Positions 1-13,527 of a stretch of 64,000 nt of DNA are shown piece after piece. The DNA lies in assembly GCF_036971445.1 (NCBI RefSeq), contig NC_091469.1, positions 305,350,001 to 305,414,000 on the forward strand, given 5' to 3'. A program made the position numbers and the translations under genes. The notes beneath the pieces are model-generated. The model worked only from the letters and a program-made list of their open reading frames with translations. It had not been told where the DNA came from and did not search any database. How positions within the stretch are numbered: position 1 is the stretch's first letter; every line of letters starts with the position of its first letter. This stretch comes from Narcine bancroftii. Taxonomy: Eukaryota.

Positions 1-530
1 ATGTGGATTGTGGAGGGTCATGTGGCCTCTCTGTCTGGAACCTGATAAGAGTGTGGATTGTCGATAATGTGGCCTCTCTGGAATCTGGTGGGAATGTGGA
101 TTGCTGAGAGCCATGTGACCTCTCTGGCTGGACCCTAATCGGATGTAGCTCACTTGCCAATCAAGTGTCACATCAACCCAGGTGAAGCTGATGCACAATT
201 GATCCTGACAGGATCCTGACAAAATCTGAGTATGTTCAGTCTCTGCTCTCTTTTTCTGTTTGTTGCTGATGCATGAAGACCATCATTGAACTCCAGGCTA
301 CAGGCCATGGGCAGATCTGAAGGGCCGAATGCAATGGGCCCGTCCAGGATCCCATGCTGAAGAAGTTAAACCCTCGTTTCTCAGTGTACACAAGTAAATG
401 CTATATACGTTAATTGGAGTGAGTGTGTGCTCTTTTGTGAATTCCCCTGTATGTAAATAAAGCCCATTGTTTGTTAATAACACATGTCCAACCTTGATTC
501 TCTTTGAACCCATCAAACCTATTCTTGAAC
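1..530 (+). repeat. Probable LTR-like remnant with three ~45-bp degenerate tandem units
   Basis: Repeated gtggattg...atgtg(g/a)cctctctg units at 1-135, AATAAA near 457 and an ...AACA end; truncated by the window edge. Confidence 0.4.
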
Positions 531-799
531 ACAGCATCAATGCACATAAATAAGAAAATCATCTGTTTAAAAAAGAGATTTTACAATATGCTTACCGATT
601 CACCGTACTGACACATTTTACCATTCATAACTTTCAACAGAGTAGATTTAACTCCCTTCCTATTCCTAATTTCAATTCAAGGGATAACAATTCATCCTTT
701 AAATATTGTGCTAAATATAGAAACCTATGCATGTTGAACACGACATTTATTTCCATTGATTTTACAGAGAAAAAATGTGGAGGGTATGAATAAATTATA

Positions 800-1148
800 G
801 GGAGATTTGATAGAGGTATACAAAATTATGATGGCTATTGATAGTGTAAATGCAGGCAAGCTTTTTCAACTGAGATTAAAAACTAGAGGGGATGGGTCAA
901 GAGTGAGAGGGGAAAGTTTAAAGGGAGCATTAGGGGGAATTTCTTCTCGCAGAGTGGTGGGTGTGTGGAACAAGCTGCCAGCTGAAGTAGTAAATGCAGG
1001 CTTAATTTTTGACGTTTAAGAAAAATGTGGGCAGGTACATGGATGGGAGGGATATGGACTAGGTGAAGGTTAGCGGGATGAGGCAGAATAATAGTACAGC
1101 AGAGATTAGAAGGGCTGAATGGCCTGTTTCTGTGCTGTAGTGTTCTAT
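800..1148 (+). mobile_element. CR1-type LINE 3' end
   Basis: LIEVYKIM...KTRG...RVVGVWNKLPAEVV and typical agggctgaatggcctgtttctgtgctgta tail. Confidence 0.85.
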
Positions 1149-2121
1149 ACTGTATAGTCCTCCATGTTACGCATGGTCATAACAGGTCAAGTTGCTTCCT
1201 TCTGTTCTATAAGTTTTGATAATTCCACCTGGTTATTCCAGTTCCTTGTAAATTTTTTATGTATTTGGGATAATAAGGTTGTGATTTCTTGAATCAACTG
1301 TTAAATCAAGAGCATCTGATTTGTAAGCAAGTGACAAAGAAAGGGTGCATCAATGTAGCAATAAACTTTCATCGTCACAACATTCTGATGAAAGCTAAGT
1401 GATCTGACACATTGATTCTCTTCCATAGATCCTGCATCACTTGCTGAGTATTTCCAGCACAGTTTTTGTTTCAGATTTCCAGCATCTGCATTATTTCTAC
1501 TCTTCATCATAATACAAGATTGCCATCATGTGGTGCAACTTAAAAGAGCTGCTTTTCTGCGCAAGAACTGTAGTCGAAATCAATGGATGGCCCTTTACCC
1601 AAGCTTGCTCTTATCTCAAAATTTTTAGCAGGTAATATACAGTGTCTTTTGACTTTGAGAGAAGATTTACTTTCAAACAGGAAATCTAAGGCTATTTATA
1701 TTATGAATCCTTGTGATTTTTCTTCTGCAGCTTTACATCAATTATGGAGAAGAAATGAATGTAGATTGAAATGGGACTGAGGTTAGATAATGTATTTCAG
1801 TCAAAGCTCTCTCATTCTATAATGAAGCCTTCAGGCTGAATATTAGATTAGACTAGTAGAATACTAGAGGAAATGATCTTGGGGCTAGTTCTGAGAAGGC
1901 AAGGAAGGATTTTGTTTATTTTCTACTGTCCACTGTAATAGGACGTGTCGCTCTGTCACATTGGTAATGTACGAGTTGAGTTTAACCATCAATTGAATCC
2001 CTCATGCATTTACTTGTGATCAAATATAAATCCCAGTAACAAACCTGATCCAATTTCAACCTGATCAGATTTAAACCTGAAAACTTGACGTTATGCCACA
2101 CGTGGGAAATGTGTTGCCAAT

Positions 2122-2500
2122 CAGTGGTTCTCCACCTTTTTCTTTCCACTCTCGTGCCACTGTAAGTAATCCCTATGCCATTGGAGTTCTGTGATTAGTA
2201 ACGGATTGTTTAAGGCAGTCTGTGAGTGGGAAGGGAAGGTTGAGAATCACTCCTCTCGACCCAAATGTAACTGAAATAGTTTGCTTGAGAAAAACCGTCA
2301 TTGGCCCATTTCCTTCAGAGTTATGAAACCGTGCACATAAATGAGTCACTTTGGTACAATGAAAACAGTGGCTTTCAACTTTTTTCTTTCCACCCACATA
2401 CAATACAATAAGCAATCACTTACTAATCACAGACTACCTATGGCATAGGGAATACTTCAAGTGGTATGTGAGTGAAAAGAGAAAAGGTTGATAATCACTG
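2122..2500. mobile_element. Composite hAT MITE, copy 1
   Basis: Two palindromic ~130-bp modules (CAGTGGTTCTC...GAGAATCACT) in inverted orientation around a shared spacer; homologous to the copies at 14888 and 57016. Confidence 0.85.
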
Positions 2501-2590
2501 TTGGACAGTGTGACTTCCCCACACTCACAACGTCACTGATATTCCTCATTTCCCGAAGAGTCAAACACATTACAGATTTATAGTCTAAAC

Positions 2591-3778
2591 CAGGGGTGTC
2601 AAACTCAAATTCACGGAGGGCCAAAATTAAAAACTTGGACTAAGTCGAGGGCCGAACTAAATATTTATTGAAAATTTTCAACAACATCTGCATGTTTTCT
2701 CTTCTTTCAACAGATGTAATGTTAAACTTTAGGATATAACTTTAGGAGGATAATGTTACAGGTCAGGAGTAGGTAGCTCAAGTTCACCCTTTGCTTGACC
2801 TGAGGGAAACATATTTGGTCCCTGTGGAGATGTAGTCAGCATTCACAGGCTGTGTCCATTTTGGCCTGCATCAGGACTCAGCATTTCCTGCTCACTCCTC
2901 AGGCTCTAGGCCTCTATTCACCCTCGACCCACCATCCCTCTACCTGACCAGTCTTTTACCCAACCTCTACTCACCCCTCACTCCATTCGCTCTGCCTCTA
3001 CCCACCCCATCCTATACATGCCCCTTTACTGCCTCTCCCCTCAACCTGTTCCTCCCTCTACCCATCTCTCACCCTCTAATCACCCCTCCCCTACTCACCC
3101 TGCCCCTCCCCTTTTACCTCTTCCCTATCCACCCCTCCTTCTACTCATCCCTCCCTCTAACTGCCCCTCGCACCACCATAACCTCCCCTGCCCATTACTC
3201 CTCACCTACACCCTCTGCCCACCCCTGCTTACCCACCCACTCAGGCCCAGCGTGCTGCCGATCAGCCTTTGCGGACAGCCACCATCTCTCTCTTCACGTG
3301 CAGGGCTGAACCAGCCATCCCTGGTGTCCGCACGGGTGCAAGCGCTGAAGGCCGTGGCGACCGGGAGAAGTGTGCTCGCGTTGTGGAAGGGCCGTCCGGT
3401 GCCAGTTGCGCGGGGCTCGTGCTGCCCGGGGGCCGTGCGCAGCCTGCCATGCCCATCGCGCCGACAGGAAACCACAGGCGCTCGCCCATCCGCCGCACCG
3501 CTCGACAGGTGGGAGAAGTGACTGGTTGTGCGGGGAGCCTTCCAACTGGCTTGCCGGCTGATGACATCGACACTTCTCGTGTTACAATTTCTCATGTTAC
3601 AATGGGGAAGGATGTGCAATGAAGGGCGAGGATGGTGGGGGTGACATGACCAAAAAACAGCATCGGCTCTCGCTGCAGGGCGGGCCACCTCTAATACATT
3701 TTTGAAATGATCTTGCGGGCCAAATATAATTATATCGCGGGCCAAATTTGGCCCGCGGGCCAGAGTTTGACATGTGTG
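2591..3778. mobile_element. Non-autonomous hAT (Charlie-like) element
   Basis: Perfect 8-bp TSD GTCTAAAC (2583-2590, 3779-3786); TIRs CAGGGGTGTCAAACTC / CACACATGTCAAACTC; subterminal GCGGGCC repeats. Confidence 0.9.
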
Positions 3779-3995
3779 GTCTAAACCCTAAAATTCTGCA
3801 AGAAATGAAACCCACTGGACTTCAAAAAAGATCAATTACTGCCTTGTGCTCATGATACTTGATTTTTTTTGAGAAGGGGTATTGGATCACAGTTAGGATT
3901 TAAACTTAAATCATTTAATTTTTGAGACCAAATTTTCAAATACAAGTATATTCACAATTAAATGACAGGTCACCAACGTGTAGTTTGAGAAATTC

Positions 3996-4390
3996 CAGGA
4001 CAACACCGATTATCCGAGTGGTCGGGACGGGGCCCATTTCACATAAACGGGAGTTTTCTTTCCGGAGAACCGGTCACGTTTTAGAAACAGCCGAGCAGCA
4101 AATCACCTGTAAAAGCGTCTCCGCAGCAACAGGGTAAGGCTTTTAAAGCATTAAAGTAAAGTTTAATTCTCACCAAAAACAATGTTGGCCGCCGCCCATC
4201 AACGACACTTCCCCACCGAGGCCCCGCTCCTGCCCGGGGGCCCCAGGTCCGCTGCTGCCGGCGCCGGGGCGGGGGGGGGGGGGTGCGAGGTCCACAGTCA
4301 GTTCGGCTCCGAAAAATTTCGGATAATTGAGACTTTCAGATATCCTGAGGATTTCGAAGAATCCGATTTCGGATATTCAGAGTTGTACTG
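3996..4390. mobile_element. Tigger-like MITE
   Basis: Termini cag(g/t)acaac...tatccga and inverted tcggatattcagagttgtactg followed by TA. Confidence 0.65.
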
Positions 4391-7300
4391 TATGCCATTG
4401 TAAATTGAAAGTTTTCAGCGAGAATCAGAAGGCACCTTTACAGAATCACTATTTTTCATACGGTATATTTATGTCTAAGCCTCTGTGATATCCAACTAGT
4501 GATCTCCAGTTCAAATTCACATTTATTACCTCATGTACCAAAATGCAATTATAGAGGTTGGTGTTGTTGGAACTGCTGTAATGACAGCATTGCCCCTGGT
4601 ACAGACCAGAGACACAGCGCTGCTCCGATGGTTTCAACCACCCCAACTATGGGGTTCTGTGCCCATGATGTACTCGGCAGTGGCCAGGAGGGGTTGTAGG
4701 CTCTGGGAGGGTAGCGGACCAGCGCAGGGCATCAGAAATGGGGAGAACACCCTCCAGTTGGGAAGGAGAAGTCAAGGAGATGACCCTACAGGACAGTGAC
4801 CATGGCAGCAAACCAACAGCTCAGAAGCTGAAGGGCCCTACAGGAAAGGTCACCACCATGGCAGCAGGCAGGGCTGCTGAGACATAGAGCACGGCAACAG
4901 GCCCTTTCAGACAACAAGCTTGCGCTGCCTAATTGCATCTGTATGACCTACAACCCCGATTCATTTTAAAAGGTTGGGAGGAAGGCAGAGTACCTGGGGG
5001 GAACCCACGCAAGCACAAAGAGAACATACAAACTCCTTACTGACTGAGCCCGATTCGAACCCCTGTCACTGGCGCTGTGACAGTGTTACACTAACCTCCA
5101 TGCAAACTGTGCTGCATGTTTGCCAATGAGGTAAATGGCATAATTTAGATGTGTTTGAGAGAGAACAAATAACAGTAGAGACGAAGAGGTTGTCTCAGGC
5201 AGTCCCTTGGGTAGCGAGCGAGTTGATTCAAATTCAGATTCATAGATTCTGAAAAGGATGAGAGCACTACAGACTCTTCCATAGGTGAGGCAGGAGGGTG
5301 GCAAGGTGGTTTGCTCCTTCTCCCATTTGCACACACCTACTTGCTTGCACAGCACATAGATGGAATTCTTGCTACAATTTGGAATGTCATGGGCCAGAGA
5401 TTCCCAGAGTGAGTTTTCAACACATTTGAGTCAGTTTCTCTTTCTGCTCAGTAATATCCTCTCATTTGCATTTATTTTGGGAGTATGGCATCAAGCATCC
5501 CAATGACAAGCCCACCTAACAGAGACATGCAATTAAACCGTCTTGTTCTGGGAAACGGCCAATGGGAGAGTACATCACAGGCTGCATGGTTAGTGTAGCA
5601 ACTCTGTTACAGTGCCGGCAACCCAGATTTGAGCTGTCAGGAGTTTATCCACTCTTCATGTGATCTGCATGGATTTGCCATGAGTACTCTGGTTTCTTCT
5701 CATCCACTTAAAAATAAGGGTTGTAGATTGGGCGGCACAGATTTCAATGGCCAGATGGACAAAGTCATAAATTTAAAAAAAATAAAAATAATAAAAATTA
5801 AATTTCTGCAGTAATCTTCAAAAGTCACAGCAAGGATAAGCAAATCAATGTTGGTGGTATTGTTCATGTGCCAAGTTACTTACGGTAGGGTGCCCAACTC
5901 TCCGAGACATTTCCAAGGGCAGAAATCAGTGCTTCTGGTACTCCATGATTTTCATGCTGGGCCTGAGGTTTTGATCTTCATAACCTTTTTCATAAATTAA
6001 CCAAAATCCATGCTGCCCAATTGAATTTGATAATAAATTGTATCATTGCCATTTGACTTTTCCAAGAGATGACTCCCAAGGTAATGGGCAAGATTCCATA
6101 TATTCTAGAGTAGAGCAGGGACAAAGTGATAGAAGACTTCAAACTTGAAGATGTTGAACATAAAGCCTATTCTCTCATATGCCCCAGTAATGGCTTGGTG
6201 GTCAGATCCTAATAAAGACACACACAGAGCTCAGGAGCTCAGCTGTTCACACAGCGTCCATGGGAGGTAAAGATATATTACCGACATTTTGGTCCTGAGC
6301 CCTTCTTCAAGGCTCTCCATCTGCACTCCCTCATTCAGATCTTAAGCACGTGGAAATGCAAACATTATTTGCATGCTACTATCTTGAATACTGGGGATTC
6401 ATTGACCTTTGTTCTAATGCATAGTCAAAATAACAAGGAATAACATAATATTAAATTCATGTCTGGTTCACACACAAGAATGGTGGTAATCACCAGGATT
6501 AGGTATTTGGAAAATTTTTCATGAAGATTTTAAAGAACTATGGAAGCCAGTAAAGTTGAAGTAGGTAAAAGTGACAACAGTTCAGAGTCTGTTGTGAAAT
6601 CTGGAAATGTTTTAACATTTGGACCATTACAATAAAAGACACAAATCTGTAGGGCTTAAGGGATAAGACATTTTGTGGGTTTAAAGGCCTGGATTTAAAT
6701 TAAACATGAAAAGTAACAAGTAGAGTAATAACATGGAATAACTTAATCGTAATAGGGTAGTGATTGTGGTTGAGGAAGCTTGCATTCTGGTCAAGCAGTA
6801 ATTTGAGGTTTAGAAAGAAGCCAGAAAAGAAGACTTGGCATTAGTCTTTAGCACATTACAGTTATTTTGTAGGGAAGTGCTGTAAGAGCCTTGGGATTCT
6901 GCGTTAACTGTCACAAAAGCAGAGTCCATGTTGCTTTATATCATAAAAAAATAAATTATTGCTAAAAAAATAAACAGTGAACATATACGCCATTGGGCAT
7001 GATAGAATGCTTGCATTAAAGTAACTCTGAATGGAAGCAAGAAGGTGTAATGCCATATGGAGAGCAGTGGAAGTGTTAAAGGAAATCACCATGAACAACT
7101 GTCTTGACCATCAATGATGACAGGCAGCGTCGCAAGGGATAGTCAAGGTTACAAAAAAAAGAAAAATTCTTTGTATAATGGATATTTTTATGAACTAATG
7201 TACAAAATTAGAAGTTTAAAAATAATTACTAAGGATCTGAATGCAACATTAATTTAACTTCTGAAAGTTGAAGAGTTTTGTCAGTGCTCTTCTCAGCCAC

Positions 7301-8049
7301 TAGATGGAGGATGTCGCATTAATAACCAAGATGATTCAGTTCATCATGTTCAATTTGTGACTTCACTGATCAGAAAAATGCTCTTCCCAATCAAATGGTG
7401 GAGGGGAAAATGGGAGGTTTAGGTGCAGATGGGCAAAAGAAAGGCTCAAGGAAAATGTTAGGAAATGTTATCATAAGAAACAATACTGACATTATAATGT
7501 CTTCTAAATGTAATATAGTCAATGTCAAGTTGAATTTGGAAATGTAAAACTAAAACTCCTGAGCTATGGAAAAACAGCACTGCAACTTTTAATCAAAACC
7601 CCATCAGGATACTTTCAGAACATATTTGCATCTGTATTTGCAATGTTGACTTTATTAAATAAAAACCAGCCTGTTAAAAAAAATCATAAATTTGAATTAC
7701 TGGTACACACACTTATTGAAAGTGCTTCACATGCCAAGAAAACAAAATTGCAGGTACCAATAATGTGATTACTTAATATTTCAGTACTGAATATAATTGC
7801 TCTGTGGCCATCATGAATGTCAATATCAACCATCCTTTGCTCCGGCTTTTCTCTCTCAGAGATTAATGTTCACAAAGTTCCCTTTAGTTATTCTTATTTT
7901 GTTCCAGTAAGGCCTTTATTCTCAAAAAATAGGATTTATTTTGGTTATATGATGCAAATAAGCAACAAAATGCAGAAGATGTTCAGTTAAAGGAAAGGAG
8001 GGAAGGTAGCAAAAAATTATGTGTGCCTTTTCAGCAGTTTTGGGTTACA

Positions 8050-8256
8050 CAGTAAAATCCCTGGTATCTGGCACCTATGACCATTGGTAGATGCCGGATA
8101 AGTAAATTTCCTGATTGCTTGAGACTGTGTGTTGCATGAATGGAGAACTAACAGTGAGGCGTGCCAATTTTAAACTTTCGTATTGTTTACCCATTTATTT
8201 TCCATGACTTTTTTTTTTGCTGGTTGCTTGAATTCCAGATGACTGGAATTTTACTG
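8050..8256. mobile_element. Tc1/mariner-type MITE
   Basis: TIR CAGTAAAAT...ATTTTACTG followed by TA; homologous to 12459-12655. Confidence 0.7.
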
Positions 8257-8364
8257 TAGTGAGTCACATTTTAAGACATGCTTCATTTAGGATTTGACTA
8301 ACAAGATCATTCAAGTAAATGCTTAATTTTATTGAAACAAAGATATCTGCAACTCAGTTCCTAA

Positions 8365-8740
8365 AGTTCGGGCAACATTCTTGTAAATCTTCTCTGCACT
8401 CTTTCAAACTTATTGATATATTTCATGTAGTTAGGTAACCAAAACTGCACACAATACTCCAAACTTGGTCTCACCAATGTCTTATACAACTTTACCATAA
8501 CATCCCAACTCATATATTCAATACTTTGATTATGAAGGCCAATATCTCTTTACAACCTTATCCATCTGTGACATCACTTTCAGGGCATTATGAATCTGTA
8601 TTCCCAGACCCCTCTGTTCTACCACACTTCTCGGTGACCTATTCATCGTGTAGGTCCTTTCTTTGTTTATCTTTCTGAAATGCAACACCTCACACTTGTC
8701 TGCATTAAATTCCAGCTGCCATTTTTCAGCCTATTTTTCC
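8365..8740 (-). mobile_element. CR1-type LINE fragment
   Basis: Homologous to the 16.5-16.9 kb copy (accaaaactgcacacaatactcc). Confidence 0.8.
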
Positions 8741-9899
8741 ATCCTTGTTCAGGACTGCTAAGAGGCAAACAATATTTGCAAAGTACATTCCTGGTTTATG
8801 CTTGCCTTCCTTTCTCTGAATTTATCCTTCCTGGTCACTGCTGCTTCCAAGATTTGACAAAAGCCAACAATAAGCCATCTCTGGATACCTAACACATCAC
8901 AGCATTTAAGAATTTCTATGCTCTGCAACAGGCACTCGGGTATTGTTTATAACAGGTTTAGCAAAATGACACAGCCTTTGTGATATTCTTCCCAACAATT
9001 TCCTCATATCCTTTCTGAACAAAATTTGAATATATAAACTTCTTTACAACCTTTTCCATCTGGTTTATGATTCCAACTTGCTTAAACGTTACTGCAAAAT
9101 TATTGGATTGCCCTCTGGAGCTTCAGGCTTGGTTTAAATTACCCCCAAAATGGCTGTCCTTGAAGATCATTGCACAGTGACACTTTCATCCCATTTGTAA
9201 AATGATCTAGAAATATTAGCACTGAAGATATAGAGGAAATTAGATGGGGTTATGACATAAATTTTCAGCAACTCTGTAACTAAGATTCCTTTCTTAAACT
9301 TCTCAATAAATTCAAACATACTGCCCCGATCCAGTCTTTGTTGTGGGTATTTTAAGAACATTGCTCTGATATCCCAAGAAATGTGCCCACATCGTTCCTA
9401 TTAGGGCAGCACAGATGGCGCAGCGGTTAGCACAATACTGTTACAATGCCAGCAACTGGGACCAGGGAATGAATCCTGCACTGTCTGCAGGGAGTTTGTA
9501 CATTCTCTTCGTTTCTGCATGGGTTTTCCCTGGGAGCTCTGGTTTCCTCCCACTGCTTGAAGCATACTGGGGATTATAAGTTAATTACGTGTCATTGGGA
9601 GGCATGGGCTCGTGGGCTGTATGTCTAAATGAAAATATCAAATCCCACAATCATATGGATGCTACTTTGAGCCTATAATAAAGTTGAAGATTTTAATTTG
9701 AAAAGGATCTATGTTAATATTTTAGATGGCTTCGCTTGACACAAGGAACGGCTTTGGCAAAACAAAAACTAATCTTGCTCAGAAAGAAAATGCTGAGCTT
9801 TAACACGCTGAACAGTGAGCACCTGAAATTGTTGGATGCAATTTTTTCGAATGGCCTAGAAATTATCCAATCACAGTAAAGCATCCTTAACTTGAGGTA

Positions 9900-10100
9900 A
9901 TTCTTACCGCACATGCTATACCTTCGCCCACCTGTGGCAACTGTCATTTCAACCCACATCTAAACTGCTTGGAGTGGGAAAGCCCATATCACATAGACAT
10001 CTTTGTGGTACACTTAACTGAAACTCATGTGGTCTTCTCTTTGGCTTTCAGCTTCTTTGCTTCAATTATAAGCTTGAACCATCTGTGACTAGCTGATAAC
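9900..10100. promoter_or_regulatory. Candidate lymphoid enhancer (RUNX/E-box/MYB/GATA/Ikaros cluster)
   Basis: ACCGCA 9906, CACCTG 9929, CAACTG 9938, TGGGAA 9975, TGTGGT 10004 and 10028, TAACTG 10015, CATCTG 10080, TGATAA 10094 in non-repeat DNA; motif evidence only. Confidence 0.35.
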
Positions 10101-11579
10101 TCTGTGTTTAAAGAAAAACTGCAGAGTTTAGTAGTATGAACTAAAAGAGATGCAAAAATCTTAGCAACAATGCTTTTAACTGCAAATTCCTCTTTCTAAC
10201 ACTTTGCTTTCAGTTAATATAAAATTGTCCATTGTAATTAAAATACATGCTATGGTTTATGTCATGTCACAAGTACTCACGAAAGAAAGTGAATTGTGTC
10301 AAAATATGGATTTTAAAAATTAAACTTGTAAATCTGGTTACCAAAGCAACAACTTCAGTGCAATACAATAAGATGTTGCTAACACATAGCTGAGAGAAGA
10401 ATATGACTGTCATTATATTGCACCTTTTTATGACAGAGATGGTCAAGGTCGCTCGGAAATAATCTGATTTTCTGTTTCATAAGCATCCTTGCCTGATTGC
10501 ACGAGGCTTAACTGTCATGGTAGCCAATGAACCACAGACACTACCTCACTTTCTCTTATTTTGGCATTAATTTATTTATTTTTTAATTAAATGTTATAGC
10601 ATGTTTACGACAATAAATTCTGAGTCTGTATTGTCAGTGTAAATGCAGGCAACCAGGACACTACTCACATGCCCTTGCCAACATTAGCTCCTGGCTAATC
10701 AACACCTTGATTGCAAGAATCTTGCCTGTTTTCAGAACATTGACCCTCCTCATATCTGCAATCCCTTCCAACTTTACAAACCTCCAAAATATTGGAATTC
10801 CTTCCATTTTATCTTCTTAAGCTTTCCACGTTAATTGCAACCCTATTTACAATAGAGTTTGGCTTCTCGATGATCGAAAAACACTGATAAATGTATATTA
10901 TATCTTTGTATATACTGTATATATGATTATATTATGTATGTGTGTGTGCTATGGTCAGGAGAAATGGTGTATGTGTACAGTCGATGATTAAAAAAGAAAA
11001 CTGAACTTGAATCATGGGGATTAAAGATGACTCCCCACTGGAGCAGGCCAGAGTCTATGTTAAACTCTGTATGAAAGCTGTGGACTTATTTAACTAAGTG
11101 CCCATTTCTTGTTTCATATTTTCCATTGTCTGAGAATTAACTCCTTTAAGAATTAATTGGACAGGTCTAAATGCTATAAACCAGATGTGTTAGTCAACTT
11201 GCATAACCTCATTTTAAATCAAGTCATTGGACTGGTGGGCACCTTTATGTGATGATACGTCTTGATGATACCTGTATTAAGCATAGGCAGGGGGTCAGCA
11301 TCAACACAAATGATAATGCGCACTCTATGACCATCACCATGTTGTTATCTTGTCTGAGTAGCTTGAGGGCACTCCTCCAACTTAACTCTTTTGATGGAAA
11401 CCTCGATTTGCTTTTCAATCTAGATCACAGATGAACTTCTAAAGGCATAAAAGTCAGAAAGTTACCTGCGACTGTCAAATATGATTTACGAACCGGGATT
11501 AGTGTCATATGACTACCAGTCAGCATTAACTCAGTGGGTTGATGCAAGCATTTTTACAGCTTATCTAAAACTCTAGAAT

Positions 11580-12388
11580 AGAATTAGAATTTGTTGTCAT
11601 GAACAAGACATGAAATTTTCGGTGTCTTGCAGCAGCATCCATAGTGTAAACATTCATATTTTAACCATCTTACAGCGTTACTATAAATTTTAAAAAAATT
11701 AAAAATAGTGCACAAAAAGTAAGAGAGTGTCTTTGGTTCATTGATTATTCAGGAATCTGAAGAAACTGTCCTGGTGCCGCTGAGTGCTCGTCTTTAGGCT
11801 CCTGTACCTTTTTCCCAATGGTAGCAGAGTGAAGAGGGCATGGCCTGGGTGGTGGGGGTCTTTGAGGATAGAGGCATTTTTTTTAAGACATTACCTCTTA
11901 TAGGTGTCCTCGATAGAATGAAGCCTGGTGCCTGTGATGTCGCAGGCCGAGTTAACAACCCTCTGGAGTTTTATTTCTTCTCCTGAGAGTGGGTGCCTCC
12001 ATACCAGACAGTGATGCAACCAACCAGAATGCTCTCCACCTGTAGAAGTTTTAGAGAGTTTTCAGTGGCATACGAATCTCCTCAGACACCTCACAAAGTA
12101 TAGCCACTGGTGAGCCTTCTGTGTGATTGCATCGACATGGAGGCTCCAGGACAGATCCTCGGAGATGTTGACACCCAAGAATTTGAAGGACGGAGCACTT
12201 AACGGCACAAGGACAGCTTCTTCCCTGCTGGCATCAGATTCCTGAATAATCAATGAACCTAAGATACTGCCTTACATTTTTAAAAATTTATTGTTGTAGG
12301 GTGATTTATATGAATGTTTGCACTGTGAGGCTGCCACAAAACAACGAATGTTATGACTTGTTCATGACAATAAATTGTGATTCTGATC
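11580..12388. mobile_element. Two abutting head-to-head Rex1-type 3' fragments (11580-12190 minus, 12191-12388 plus)
   Basis: FKFLGVNISEDLSWSLHVDAITQKAHQWLYF on the minus strand; both outer ends carry the catgacaa(t/c)aaatt...attct tail. Confidence 0.8.
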
Positions 12389-12458
12389 TCAGCCTCAGTA
12401 CACCTGTGCTTCTGCCTTCATCTCAGGTGCAACAATTTTCAACTGCTTCCTTCGATCA

Positions 12459-12655
12459 TAGTAAAACCCCAGGTATCCAGCAGGTATGCCAGATAAGTGA
12501 ATTTTCCGGTTGCTTGAGATTGTGCATTGTTTGGACTGGCAAACTAATGCCAATTTTAAACTTTCGTATTTTTTACCTATTCATTTTCCATGATATTTTT
12601 GCTGGTTGTTTGAGGATCCCAGTGGCTTGAATTCTGCATAACAGGGGCTTTACTG
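12459..12655. mobile_element. Tc1/mariner-type MITE (same family as 8050-8256)
   Basis: Shared core gccaattttaaactttcgtatt; termini agtaaaacccc / ggggctttactg. Confidence 0.7.
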
Positions 12656-13149
12656 TGTATTGAAAGTAGGAATGTTCACAGTTCCATTTCCAAGAGCTTG
12701 TGTTACAAGCGTCTCTACAAAATGGAAAAAGAAAATAAGTCTCACAGGGCAATGATCATTTCCAGCGATGAGGAATCATTTTCTAACGATACTCAACAGC
12801 ACGGTTGTCATCTAATCCACCACCATCAACAACATCACAGGGGTCATGACTGACCAAAAGAATAGTGTATTCCTTGACGACGCGATCAGGGCAGAAACAG
12901 GGATTTCTGATCTGTGATTCACTTCCTGGCTCACCAAAGTCTTTCCACACTCCAAAAGATGCATCAGAAGTGCGATGATACCTTGATTGGTATCCGCACA
13001 ACATCTAAATTTTTGTCTCAATTACAGGTCATCTATTTGTATTTATCAATCAGCAAGTATGCAACATTTCATTCCTGTGATTGATCTTCAGTGGGTTCAT
13101 TTTTTTAAAATTTTGGCTTGGACCTGTGGTAAATTCAGTCTTACCTCCA

Positions 13150-13527
13150 TGATTTGAGGTGTGGGGCACTTGGATAGGAGGGTGGCCAGCCAGTATCAGG
13201 TGGTAAGACTGCATTCGGGGAGGCCGGGAGCTCAGATGGGTGGGTGGCTGGGGCCTACGTGAGAGCCCACAGTCAAGGCATCAGAAGCTCCGGTGGGCAG
13301 ACATCCTAAGCCTAAGCGAGAGTCCACAATCGAGGCATCGGGAGCTACGCTGGGTGGGCAGGCTGAAACCACAGTCAGGGTGTCGTTAGCTCCAGTGAGC
13401 AGGCGGTCATGGCCAAAAATATGGGGAGGTTGCCTTACACACAATATATGGAAAATACCAAACTTCTGGGCCAAAATTCGGAGGTTGACTTTAACACAGT
13501 ATCAACTATTATATACATATATTTGGT
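13150..13527. mobile_element. Decayed non-autonomous DNA element with internal ~55-60 bp degenerate tandem repeat
   Basis: Three related units (ccacagtcaaggcatcagaagctc; ccacaatcgaggcatcgggagcta; ccacagtcagggtgtcgttagctc) followed by a Tigger-like end. Confidence 0.4.

Noticed and set aside
3018-3815. Cluster of overlapping 60-180 aa ORFs
   Set aside because: GC-rich, low-complexity interior of a hAT element; stop codons are rare by composition and no domain is recognisable.
9907-10101. Minus-strand AG...GT pair as a coding exon
   Set aside because: Stops in all three frames.
10165-10232. Minus-strand MDNFILTE..., resembling the IFTAP VDNFL exon
   Set aside because: Only three residues match, the acceptor lacks AG and there is no donor; it could be a decayed exon but cannot be supported.
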